Assembly (NCBI GenBank): GCA_002269645.1
Contig: NIVC01000914.1
Coordinates: 1-64,000, forward strand
Reading direction: 5' to 3'
Source of the DNA: Macrostomum lignano
Taxonomy: Eukaryota
Length of the DNA stretch: 64,000 bases
A program made the translations under genes and the position numbers. Of the stretch, positions 35,876 to 48,180 are shown in pieces. The notes below the pieces were generated by a model, which saw nothing but the letters and a program-made list of their open reading frames with translations, was not told the DNA's origin and ran no database searches. Each line of letters begins with the position of its first letter. Positions within the stretch are counted from its first letter, which is position 1.

Positions 35876-38800
35876 TTAGCAGCATCCGCCACCGCCAGAC
35901 TTGACCGGCTGAGTGCCCGGGTTGACTTTGATGGCCGGCCGAGTCTTTTGGTCGGCTGTCACAGGCCCCATTCGTGCCTTGATCTCCGAGGCCATGGACA
36001 AGAACGCCTGCTCCACGTTGGTGGCGTTCTTGGCGCTGGTCTCCAGGAATTGAATGCCCAGGGACTCGGCGTATTCCTGGTGGGTTGAGGGGTCAGGTGT
36101 GCAACTGGGTGTACAGTGGGGTCTGTGGGAGTGTGGCAGTGGGTGTACAGTGGGTCTATGGGGTGCGCAACTGGGTGTACAGTGGGGTCTGTGTGGTGTG
36201 CGACTGGGTGTACAGTGGGTCTATGGGGTGCGCAACTGGGTGTACAGTGGGGTCTGTGGGGGTGTACAACTGGGTGTACAGTGGGGTCTGTGGGAGTGTG
36301 GCAGTGGGCGTACAGTGGGGTCTGTGGGGGTGTGAGTGTGGCAGTGTGTGAACTGTGAGGATGACTGGTTGTACAATCGGGTCGGTCTGTGGGTGTACAT
36401 AAAGGGTTTCGAGAACAACCAGAGTACACTGGGATTCAAGGTTAACATCAACAGAAAGTAGCCTCACCTTGGCGGTGGCAAAGTCCACCACCTTGTTGGC
36501 CGTGAGGTCGCACTTGTTTCCCACTAGCAGGCGGTTGACGCTGTCGGAGGCGTAGCGCTCGATCTCCTGCAGCCAGTTCTTCACGTTGTTGAAAGAGTCC
36601 TGGTCGGTGACGTCATAGACTACGATGATGCCGTGGGCGCCGCGATAGTAGGATGAGGTGATGGTGCGGAACCGCTCCTGGCCGGCCGTGTCCCAGATCT
36701 AGAATGATGGTTGCGAAAGCAGAATTATATTTGTATGACCAGATTCTGTTGTGACTGCAATCTAGTCTGACCAGATACTGTTGTGACTGCAATCTAGTCT
36801 GACCAGATTCTGTTGTGACTGCAATCTAGTCTGACCAGATTCTGTTGTGACTGCAATCTAGTCTGACCAGATTCTGTTGTGACTGCAATCCAGTCTGACC
36901 AGATTCTGTTGTGACTGCAATCTAGTCTGACCAGATTCTGTTGTGACTGCAATCCAGTCTGACCAGATTCTGTTGTGACTGCAATCCAGCCTGATTAAAG
37001 ATTATATTGTGACTGCAATCCAGTCTGACCAGATTATATTGTGACTGCAATCTAGTCTGGCTAGATTCTGTTGTGACTGCAATCCAGTCTGACCAGATTC
37101 TGTTGTGACTGCAATCTAGTCTGACCAGATTCTGTTGTGACTGCAATCCAGTCTGACCAGATTCTGTTGTGACTGCAATCCAGCCTGATTAAAGATTATA
37201 TTGTGACTGCAATCCAGTCTGACCAGATTATATTGTGACTGCAATCTAGTCTGGCTAGATTCTGTTGTGACTGCAATCCAGTCTGACCAGATTCTGTTGT
37301 GACTGCAATCTAGTCTGACCAGATTCTGTTGTGACTGCAATCTAGTCTGACCAGATTCTGTTGTGACTGCAATCCAGCCTGATTAAAGATTATATTGTGA
37401 CTGCAATCCAGTCTGACCAGATTCTGTTGTGACTGCAATCTAGTCTGACCAGATTCTGTTGTGACTGCAATCCAGTCTGACCAGATTCTGTTGTGACTGC
37501 AATCCAGCCTGATTAAAGATTATATTGTGACTGCAATCCAGTCTGACCAGATTCTGTTGTGACTGCAATCTAGTCTGACCAGATTCTGTTGTGACTGCAA
37601 TCCAGTCTGACCAGATTATATTGTGACTGCAATCTAGTCTGACCAGATTCTGTTGTGACTGCAATCCAGTCTGACCAGATTCTGTTGTGACTGCAATCCA
37701 GCCTGATTAAAGATTATATTGTGACTGCAATCCAGTCTGACCAGATTATATTGTGACTGCAATCTAGTCTGACCAGATTCTGTTGTGACTGCAATCCAGT
37801 CTGACCAGATTCTGTTGTGACTGCAATCCAGCCTGATTAAAGATTATATTGTGACTGCAATCCAGTCTGACCAGATTCTGTTGTGACTGCAATCTAGTCT
37901 GACCAGATTCTGTTGTGACTGCAATCCAGTCTGACCAGATTATATTGTGACTGCAATCTAGTCTGACCAGATTCTGTTGTGACTGCAATCCAGTCTGACC
38001 AGATTCTGTTGTGACTGCAATCCAGCCTGATTAAAGATTATATTGTGACTGAAATCCAGTCTGACCAGATTATATTGTGACTGCAATCTAGTCTGACCAG
38101 ATTCTGTTGTGACTGCAATCCAGTCTGACCAGATTCTGTTGTGACTGCAATCCAGCCTGATTAAAGATTATATTGTGACTGCAATCCAGTCTGACCAGAT
38201 TATATTGTGACTGCAATCCAGTCTGACCAGATTCTAATGTGACAAAGCTAATATTTGCAGTAAAAAATTGAAGTTCCTAAAAATTGAAAAAAAAACATAA
38301 ATAACCTGCAGCTTGATAGTTTTGCCATCCAGTTCAATAGTTCGAATCTTGAAATCCACGCCAATGGTACTGATGTAGCTGTCTGTGTAAGTGTCATCAG
38401 CAAAGCGCAGCAGAAGGCAGCTTTTACCAACACCCGAGTCGCCAATAAGCAACAGCTTGAACAGGTAGTCGCTGATAGGTTTGGGCAAGGAAGTGAAGGA
38501 AAGTAAGTATTACATTACAGTTTGATTTTTTATCCAAAAAGTACAAATATACTGTAATATACTATTAATAATTGCTTCAAAACTGTCTTTAAGAATTTAG
38601 ATTTTTTGTAAAATATGCTAACAAAAATTCTCAAAAGTCTAGATTAGCATGTCATATTAGTAATTAGATACAATGGTATAATATATCATACTATAACATC
38701 TGCATAATATGCCATATTGCAATAATAATCTTATATAACATAAAGCAGGTAAATTAAGCAGCTTTAAACACTTTAAATGTTTGAACAATCCACTGCACTG

Positions 38801-41039
38801 TTTCACTTGCTATCATTCTAACCCACTCTCTTGTTGCATCATTATGTATCTTCTTGCCCTATGAATTTTATACAGTAATATGTATATAAAATTAATAATT
38901 TATTTATTTATTTATTCCATTTGCCCCAATGTGCAATGGGCAAATGTGCAAAGATCAGCTCAGCTATAGTCTACTGCATGGTGCATCTGAAGGCTGCATA
39001 TGGCTGTTTAGTCCAATGACTAAGGGGTTGCCATGCATACTTTCAATTATCCCAACTAATGCAAGCATCCATTTTACAGCTGGGTGAACTAAAGCAATGC
39101 AGAATTATGTTTTGTTTAAGGATTCAAATAAGATTGGGAATCAAACCCAAAACCTTTTAATCATAAGTCCAATGCTCTAACCACTAGGCTATAACCCCCG
39201 TAATATATATATGCCTTGACTAACTACCTCTAATGCCCAAGGTGCATGCATATCATCATGGGTTTTTTATACGTTGCTCCCCTTAATCATAGAGAGCATC
39301 ATTGCAGGGGTAGATCCAGAAGAGGGGCCAAGGGAGCCATGGCCCCCCTTAGCTGCGGCCAAAGAAATTTTGATCATATTTTTTTGGCCTACTACTATGC
39401 CAAATCTTTTTTATTTTAATTTCCTTTAATTCTAATTTAGTTTATTGGCAAAATAAAATATTTGATTGCTTTGGGACCTACCTTGCTATGTTTATTGTTT
39501 ATACCCCTACTTTGCTCATGTCTACCTCTGTTTTAGACATTGAAATAAATAATAAATAAAGTAATTTAATTTATACAAGTTTAGAAAAATACTTAAGCAT
39601 ATTATATTTCTAATATAATACATGCTATTAATATTTAACAATATATTTTATATTATATTTTATATATTTTATATATTATATTTTATAAAATATATTTTAT
39701 ATTTTATATTATATATAAATAAAATATAAAACTATATCTATATATATAATAGTCTAGCCTATAATAGAAAGAGAAGTTTAAAATTCTTAAAATCTTTTTG
39801 TTTGTCTATTTTATTTATTTAATTAGGCTTATAGCCTAATTTTTTAATATTGATCATTTTAAACAATTAGCTAATCTTTAAATTAAAAAGAAATCTTTAT
39901 TTTGTAGTAGTTACCTACTACATAATAATTTGTCAAGTTATTAACTTAACTGTATATTATTTCAAATGGTTTAAAGATATTATTTTTTTCTAATGGGAAC
40001 ATTATAATATAAAATTAAAAAATAACCAGTAAAACTAAGAAAGTTAACTCAGTGACAACCCATGTCATGTTAACCATTAGGTCTAGCCATTGCAATTTGA
40101 ATATCACAAAAGATACAAATATACAATGGCAGTGCTTATCCCCTCGGTACCGTAGGAATAATTTCTGTCTTATTCCAATGATACCGTGCGAATAATTTTC
40201 TGCTTATCTGCACGGCACACTGACGAGATAGCTGCCCTATCTTCTACATATGCCGTGTGGGAAGTTTAGTACATACGATTTGAGTGCAGTATAACAACTT
40301 TGTTGAATTATTGTTGAATAAGTATACAGAAGGGTATCAGTAAAGCAGAATAACACGCATTTACACATGCATATACTAGTCTAGAACTGATTCAAGTTTA
40401 TACATCATCAAGATCAACAGCTTCTTAGTATCCTCAGTTCAAATTCCCTTTCAATAAGCTATAAACTATTCACGCACAGCATATATATGTAGCAGATAAA
40501 AACCGATAGGGCAGCTAGTAAAGCAGAGGGAATAAAACAGAGGACGTGTAGGGCAGCTATCTCGTCAGTGTGCCGTGCGGATAAGCAGAAAATTATTCCC
40601 ACGGCATATGTAGAAGATAGGGCAGCTATCTCGTCAGTGTGCCATGCGGATAAGCAGAAAATTATTCGCACGGTACCGTTGGAATAAGACAGAAATTATT
40701 CCTACGGTACTGTGGGGATAAGCACTGCCATATTATCATATACAATACTGTCAACACAGATGCTTAAAATACATACATTCATTATCCTTTATGACACCAA
40801 AGCAAGATAGGTAAGCTAAGTTTAATTTTATTTAATATGCAGCATTATCACTTTATATCTTAGCTATATCTTATATTATATATCTGATTTTATATCTTAT
40901 ATCTATACTACTTTAGGTCTAGACTACTATAGATACAAACAAAGTAAAAAAGCATGAGTGTATAACCCAATGAGATAACAGGAAAGCTACTAAATGAGCA
41001 AGGAATAATTCAAATCGTTACTTACTATTCTGGAGTCAT
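35876..41039 (-). CDS. RAB1: Ras-related protein Rab-1, 4 coding exons, 203 aa
   Basis: Exons 41039-41026 (ATG ACT CCA GAA TA), 38471-38306, 36698-36468, 36076-35876 (612 nt). [66 protein letters not shown]-terminal GGGCC. Confidence 0.97.
36095..36355. repeat. Degenerate GGGTGTACAGTGGGGTCTGTGG-type tandem repeat in the last Rab1 intron
   Basis: Read directly. Confidence 0.88.
36736..38235. repeat. 32-bp minisatellite (TGACCAGATTCTGTTGTGACTGCAATCTAGTC)n with higher-order periods
   Basis: Read directly; near-identical ORFs at 36922, 37116, 37440 and 37764 mark 194- and 324-bp higher-order repeats. Confidence 0.97.
38955..39196 (-). mobile_element. tRNA-derived SINE family 2, old AT-shifted copy
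   Basis: Reverse complement GCCTAGTGGTTAGAGCATTGGACTTATG...TTCACCCAGCTGTAAAATGG...GCAGCCTTCAGATGC is colinear with 56281-56530. Confidence 0.8.
39305..39530. mobile_element. Possible degenerate MITE
   Basis: Left end CAGGGGTAGATCCAG...GGGAGCCATGGCCCCCC and right end CATGTCTACCTCTG are imperfectly inverted. Confidence 0.4.
40127..40730. mobile_element. About 604-bp non-autonomous element with about 130-bp terminal inverted repeats
   Basis: TGGCAGTGCTTATCCCC...GCCCTATCTTCTACATATGCCGT (40127-40257) is nearly the exact reverse complement of about 40590-40730; part of the right arm is internally duplicated. No clear target-site duplication. Confidence 0.8.
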
Positions 41040-41410
41040 CTATATGAGTACGGAAATTTAGTTACTAAGTTACAAATACAAAATATTACACAACAATTTC
41101 GATAAGTAAGCTCAAGTAAAAGGTGGTTCCACTTTCAAGGAATCAACATTTAAATCCTAGACAACGCTCGTTGTTTAAAGTAAAACAAAGTGAAAAACAT
41201 CTGCAACAATTTTAGGTAAAAATTACCAGTAAACTTACTTTTTCTATTTTAAAATAAAACATTTTTTTAGTTTGAAAATAACATAGCAAAAAAATGTTTC
41301 GTCTCTCTAGTAACACATAGAACCATGTTCATTTTAAATTACTTATTATAAAACACTATAAGAGGAATCCAAATAGTGAGTGATTAATACGCACCAAAAC
41401 TGTCAACATA
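41040..41410. promoter_or_regulatory. Putative bidirectional promoter and 5' UTR region between Rab1 and AK7
   Basis: Divergent ATGs at 41039 (minus) and 41411 (plus). A minus-strand GTAAGT donor at 41238-41233 and an AG immediately before the Rab1 ATG suggest a non-coding Rab1 exon within this interval. Confidence 0.6.
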
Positions 41411-44400
41411 ATGGCTGCTGAAGCTACCAAGCCAGTTCGGATTTTCGTCAATCATGTTGACGAATATCAGGGATACCATATTTCAAAGGTGAGTTTATAT
41501 TTCTGTTTTGATAAGGGACAGAAAACTATTATTCAAGTTATTTGTATGCTAATTACAGTTGTTTTGATGGTAGAGGTCATAGATATATTGATTTATTAAA
41601 TATGTGATTTTATTATATATCTCTAAAATTACTATTCAGTCTTGCAGTCTTTAAAAACATCCTAGATAATCTCTATTATTTTTAATTTTACTTTTAATAA
41701 ATTTTAAGTTTGCTTTATGATAAAAGTTTATTATGAATTTATGAGCACAATTTAAGTTGATTACTTGATTCCACCTAATAGAGAGCAGAAATTATTATTT
41801 GCTCACTTTTATAATTTCGGTCCAGAAACTAACCTAGAAGTTTAACTCAAAATTTCGCTCTTTTTAATGATTCAATAGCAGAACTGAAAAAGTAAATTCA
41901 TATTACAATCATTTGACTTTCAGTACCTTTCACAATGCGCCGTTGGTGCTACTCTTGAAGACAACGAAGAAGAAGAGGAAGAGGCCGGATCTGTTCTCAG
42001 CGGAGACTTCCCAGTGAAGCCAAAGGAAGGCTGCTATGAAATCCATGGCACTTTGAAAAAGACAGAGGCCAAGCAGCCAGAGTTCGTGAAGGAGATCCTC
42101 AGCGTAAGCTTCTTATTCATTTGGGGTTTTATTCTGATTAGTCTGGAATACTGACGAAGATTTGACCGAATACCATAAATGTTGCTTTTCTAGTACGACA
42201 CCAGGGAGCAGATGTACGAACATCTGGTCGAGTGCGACGTTATTGTATACGACATCACCCAAGATCCGGACCAAATTGAAGAGGCGATGTGGGCTCTCAC
42301 CGAGCTGCATCAAGACATTGAGAAGCTGGAGTCTCAGAAGGTTTTCATCCTCCTGTCCACCGTGATGACGTGGGCTAAGAGCAAACCGGCTGATGAGGTG
42401 AGCCTCGTGTGCAACTAGTAATTAATAATGCTTTTCGTACATCCGTCGAAATCCGAAACCGCATTTGCAGGAGGATCTTGAGAGTCCGCTGACCGAGGAG
42501 GACTATCGCAAACGGAAGCCGCACCAGAACTACAAGGAGCATCTGGCGGCGGAGAAGGCCGCAGTCAAGTATGGAAAAACGGTGAGCTGCCCAGCCGTAT
42601 TCTACCACGTGTCTGTACGCAAAATACACGTGTACCAAGATAGGATATGGTATTAGTACATGTACACCTGTGTCTGTCTGAGCGCTGTGCTAATTAGGGT
42701 CACGTTATCAGTACACATTTGAACACAAGTACATACCCTGTACCAATCGGTCCTCAGTTAAATTAATAATCCAACTAACCACCTCACTCCCATTCGCAGA
42801 AGAAGAGCAGGCTCACAACTTACATTGTGGCCAGCGGTCTGACCTACGGCTGCGGAGAGAACATCTTCCACAGCTTCTTCAAGGCCGCCTGGCACAACGC
42901 CTTCACTCTGCCAGTTTACGGAAATGGTCAGAATGTTCTGCCCATGATTCACATCCGTGATCTGGCCGCGGTGTTGCAGAACATCGCCGACAGCAAGCCG
43001 AAGGTGAAATATCTGGTGGCGGTTGACGACTCGCAGAACATGCTGGATGAAGTTGTCAAAGCAGTGTCTGTCGGCCTCTGCACTGGCAAGATTCGCACGG
43101 TGACAAAGGAGGAGGCCGCCCTATCTAAGGACATCGATGTGAGTGACGGGAATGAATGTTAAATCCTCATTGACTCCAATCTCAACTAAAGCCATCGACT
43201 AATCTCATTCTGAAGTGCTGGACCAGTCGACTCAAAACGCTGAGACATCCTATCCACGTCCCTCCCTTGGGTTTCCGTGGAAATTATGGGATAAACTGAG
43301 GAAAATGACACAATTAGAAACTGTGGAATAGAACCAAAAAGTTTCGTAGTTCCTCAGGGTCGCACACGATCGGACAGAATCGCAGCAGGAATGGCTCGGA
43401 ATTTTCCAGTTTGGCTTCTGTCGTGCTCAAAAAACAGTCTGAAGGGACCGGGTTTTCTCTGTCTAAAATTCAACGATTCGCACTTTTACCATTGTTGCTC
43501 GTAAGTGTCTCAAGTGGACAGCTTTTCCCTCGAAACGCTTTCCATAAAAGTGCGCTGTCAGATCCTATAGGAACAGCATCACAGGGCGCGTCTCTGCGCT
43601 TGGGCGCGAACATCGTAGTCGACAAAACGCCAAGTGCGCAGTCTGTCACCGCCGGTATGATGCTTGCAGTGTAAGCAGCAGCACCTCCTGCAGGCCGGCG
43701 CGGTGAGCTCGTATACAGTGCCGCGTTGGCCTGCCTCGCTCGTTGCTGGTCTTGAAGGCGGCGCGTAGCACGCACGCCGGGTCAAATTGCTGTTTTGAGC
43801 GAGTCCGTCAGCGTCCAGGTCTCAGTGTTCAGGTCTCAGCGTCCAGGTCGCAGGATGGTCTCGACCACCGCCTTCTGGTTGTCACTTAGGGCCTGGGGCG
43901 GAAACCATAAGGCATCACTGCACGAACTGTTTTACTGTTTTCTGGATGGAATCCCTCCGCGTTTCTTGTCGACTGGTACCGAAAGTCGGTCTGGTTAGCA
44001 TCTTGGCTCGGGCTCCGTTCCACTGCTTACGTTGACGTCCCCGTTTTTGATCCCGCACAATGCCCGCGCCCGCCCCGCAGCAAGCCACGCTGGACCAGCT
44101 GATGCTCTCACTGCGTCTTGACGCCATCTACGTGAAGGAGAACTTCAAGATTAACTGGGCCTGCGAAACGGGCATCGTGGAGAACATCGACCAGATCATC
44201 AAGGAGTACAAGAAGGAGCGCGGACTCCAGCCGATCAAGGCGTGCATCCTCGGCCCGCCCGCCTCTGGCAAGTCGGTAATTGTGAAGCAGCTCTGCGACT
44301 TCTACAAGCTGCATCACATCCGGGCTAAGGACGTCATCACGGAGGCCATCGCCAATCTGGTGAGTGCAAGAAGTTTCGGCTTTGGTCAGGCTTGTCAGGG

Positions 44401-47400
44401 CCTTACACGTGTTTTTAAGAGCTCAACTTGGCTGACTCTTGCGGCTTTTAATAACCGATTTTTTTATTCTCAACTCCAGCAACGCAGCGCCGCTCGCGCC
44501 GACGCCGAAGAGGAGGACGACGACGGCAAGGCTGCGGAAGACGCCGAGACGCTCGAGCAGGTCAACGAGAACATGGCCGAGAATAACGACCGATTGGATG
44601 ACAGCTTCGTGATCAGGTATGCGGTCCTGGGAGTCAGTCAGTCAGTTACGAGCTGGTTAGTTGGTTAGTTAGTTAGTTAGTTGCAAATAATTCTCCTCTC
44701 CAATTATTTGCATGGCGCAGGTTCTTCCGAGAGAAGCTGGCCTCCAAGGCGTGCCAGAATCAGGGCTTCATCTTGGACGGCTTCCCGAAGACGAAGCAGC
44801 AGGCTGAGGATCTGTTTGCGCGTGAGTTCAACAGTTCAACTGGAGCGACATTCCGTTTCATACTACTAACTTGATATTTAAGTAGCATGAGATGAGCATG
44901 ATGTGAAATAGCTATATTTCAGATGATAGATGATGAAAAAGTATATTAACTGGCAGTATAAGTGGCATATCCCTGCTACGAGCGTAACCTAGGAAACAGA
45001 TGATAAATTAGAATACCAGAGATAGATTCTGCCATGGACTACTGAAGATGACACCTGGGCGGAAGAGATTTTTGCCAATAATTAATTTACTAATTGGCCT
45101 AAAATAAAAATGTTTTCGATTAGGATAGATCAGATAAAACAGTTATACCATATTTAAAGGGCTTAAATCTAAGGAGCAAAAGTACAAACCGCATGTCGTA
45201 AGCGCGTAACGCCGCTTCTGTCCAGGATTTGAGGCAGTGGCGCCATTCTTTTTACGACTCAAACAGAGAGCAACAATTTTTATTGCCCTAACAAAGAGAT
45301 CAAGCAGAACGACTTGCTTTTTTTGCACTTCCGGACTGTTCTGCTCTGAGAATTCACTGTTGCCTCAATATTGCAGGCCTCTAATCAGCAGATTAGTCTC
45401 TTTGATTTATTGGTTTGAGAGGCAGTTCGAACTTACAGTGCAGAAAAAATTAAGGATTTCTTAAAGAATTTTTGTCTACCGGTGGTTAGGCATCTTGACT
45501 GAGGAGCCGCTATAGATCTAGATCTATAGATATCAGATCTATAGACTGAGGAGCCGCTATAGATATCAGATCTATAGATATCAGATCTAAAGACTGAGGA
45601 GTCGCTATAGATATCAGATCTATAAACTGAGGAGTCGCTATAGATCTAGATCTATAGATATCAGATCTATAAACTGAGGAGTCGCTATAGATATCAGATC
45701 TATAAACTGAGGAGTCGCTATAGATCTAGATCTATAGATATCAGATCTATAAACTGAGGAGCCGCTATAGATCTAGATCTATAGATATCAGATCTATAGA
45801 CTGAGGAGTCGCTATAGATATCAGATCTATAAACTGAGGAGTCGCTATAGATATCAGATCTATAAACTGAGGAGTCGCTATAGATATCAGATCTATAAAC
45901 TGAGGAGTCACTATAGATATCAGATCTATAAACTGAGGAGTCGCTATAGATATCAGATCTATAGACTGAGGAGTCGCTATAGATATCAGATCTATAAACT
46001 GAGGAGTCGCTATAGATATCAGATCTATAAACTGAGGAGTCGCTATAGATATCAGATCTATAAACTGAGGAGTCGCTATAGATATCAGATCTATAAATTG
46101 AGGAGTCGCTATAGATATCAGATCTATAAACTGAGGAGTCGCTATAGATATCAGATCTATAAACTGAGGAGTCGCTATAGATATCAGATCTATAAACTGA
46201 GGAGTCGCTATAGATATCAGATCTATAAACTGAGGAGTCGCTATAGATATCAGATCTATAAACTGAGGAGTCGCTATAGATATCAGATCTAGAGACTGAG
46301 GAGTCGCTATAGATATCAGATCTAAAGACTGAGGAGTCGCTATAGATATCAGATCTAGAGACTGAGGAGTCGCTATAGATATCAGATCTAGAGACTGAGG
46401 AGTCGCTATAGATATCAGATCTAGAGACTGAGGAGTCACCTCCACCTCCACCAATTTCAACAGCCGATGAAGACGATGAAGAGGAAGGCGAGGACGGCGG
46501 CGGCCCCTTCAACAAGCGGCTGATGCCCGACCAGCTGTTTGTGCTGGAAGCCGGCGACGATTTCCTGAAGCGGCGAGTTATGCAGCTCCCCGAAGCTGTG
46601 GTGGCCGGGACGCACAACACCGAGGAGGGCCTGCTTCGCCGACTGGGCGAGTACCGAGCCATCAACACCGAGGACGACTCCGTGGTGATGTACTTCGACG
46701 AGAAGGAAATTCATCCGGACGTATTCGACGTTTCCAAGGACGATTCGACGATGCACGCCGCCCTGGTTGAGCGAATCAAGAAGGCCATCGGCAAGCCGAG
46801 AAACTACGGCCTGACGCCGGAGGAGCAGGAGGAAATCCGGCGGCGGGAGGAGACCGAGCGGCTGGAGAACGAGAAGCGAGAGCGGGACGAGCGGGAGAGG
46901 CGCGAGAGGCAGGAGGCGGACGAGAGGAAGCGGCGCCAGGAGGAGTGGGTGAGTAGCGGGACTCGGTGCTCAATGGAGTGGCTGAGTAGCGGGACTCGGT
47001 GCTCAATGGAGTGGGTGAGTAGCGGGACTCGGTGCTCAATGGAGTGGCTGAGTAGCGGGACTCGGTGCTCAATGGAGTGGCTGAGTAGCGGGACTCGGTG
47101 CTCAATGGAGTGGGTGAGTAGCGGGACTCGGTGCTCAATGGAGTGGGTGAGTAGCGGGACTCGGTGCTCAATGGAGTGGCTGAGTAGCGGGACTCGGTGC
47201 TCAATGGAGTGGGTGAGTAGCGGGACTCGGTGCTCAATGGAGTGGGTGAGTAGCGGGACTCGGTGCTCAATGGAGTGGCTGAGTAGCGGGACTCGGTGCT
47301 CAATGGAGTGGCTGAGTAGCGGGACTCGGTGCTCAATGGAGTGGCTGAGTAGCGGGACTCGGTGCTCAATGAATTGGCTGAGTAGCGGGACTCGGTGCTC

Positions 47401-48180
47401 AATGGAGTGGCTGAGTAGCGGGACTCGGTGCTCAATGAAGTGGCTGAGTAGCGGGACTCGGTGCTCAATGGAGTGGGTGAGTAGCGGGACTCGGTGCTCA
47501 ATGTAGTGGCTGAGTTGCTCGGGTTGGCCACAGACTGGTCTTCAGCCACTCCTGCATCCGCAATCAAATTAGTATAGAACAATCCTGCAGCACTTCTCAC
47601 TCGTGTTTCCCCTAGAAGCAGCAACGCAGCCCTGACAATTCTCAAACTCAAACAAACCACCAACAGGCTGCCAGACTTGAGGAGGTGAAGCGCGAGGAGC
47701 ACGAGCTGCTGGAGATCCGCAGCGAGCCTCTGCGCAACTACCTGATGAAGCACGTGATGCCCAACCTCACCAAGGGCCTCATGGAGTGCGCCAAGGTTCG
47801 CCCAGACGACGCCATAGACTATCTGGTGAGTCAACTGGGGTATAGAAAATCCCATTTGTCTCGAATAGGAGAAAATGGGGAGTCGATTTTTCCCATCGAT
47901 TTTTCCCTTTCCGTCTTCTTCCCCAGCTACTGCTCTCAGGACACTTAAAAAGCATGTGTTTTGAGCGAATGGGAATTGCCACACGGCCGCACAGTTACTC
48001 CCAATGTTCCCAGTCATATAAACTCATTCCCTCATTTCCCTCCCGAGCTCATGCAAGGCGGAAGCGCCCTGATTTATCCACTTTTTCCCTTGCCCAAAAT
48101 CCGTAATCCCAAATCCAAACCAACCGTTTGCACTTTTCCAGGCCGAGTACTTGTTTAGGAACAACCCGCAAGTCGACTGA
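41411..48180 (+). CDS. AK7: Adenylate kinase 7, 11 exons, 703 aa
   Basis: Exons 41411-41488, 41924-42103, 42194-42397, 42471-42581, 42800-43138, 44081-44359, 44480-44616, 44721-44821, 46464-46948, 47667-47825, 48142-48180 (2112 nt, GT-AG). Motifs [35 protein letters not shown] (P-loop), [14 protein letters not shown], and Dpy-30 domain [38 protein letters not shown]. Confidence 0.96.
43670..43930 (-). mobile_element. Degenerate RTE-like LINE fragment in AK7 intron 5
   Basis: Shares GAGTCCGTCAGCGTCCAGGTCTCAG and GGTCTCGACCACCGCC with 11400-11460 (ETWTLTDSL); disrupted by indels. Confidence 0.65.
45505..46438. repeat. 33-bp minisatellite (ACTGAGGAGTCGCTATAGATATCAGATCTATAA)n in AK7 intron 8
   Basis: Read directly. 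Confidence 0.97.
46942..47510 (+). repeat. 33-bp minisatellite spanning the AK7 exon 9 splice donor (GGAGTGG|GTGAGTAGCGGGACTCGGTGCTCAAT), 17 copies
   Basis: Read directly; the unit includes the last 7 exonic bases and the donor. Confidence 0.97.

Noticed and set aside
45718-46668. 316-aa ([11 protein letters not shown])n ORF antisense to AK7
   Set aside because: Translation of the intronic 33-mer array running into the antisense strand of AK7 exon 9; no independent coding evidence.
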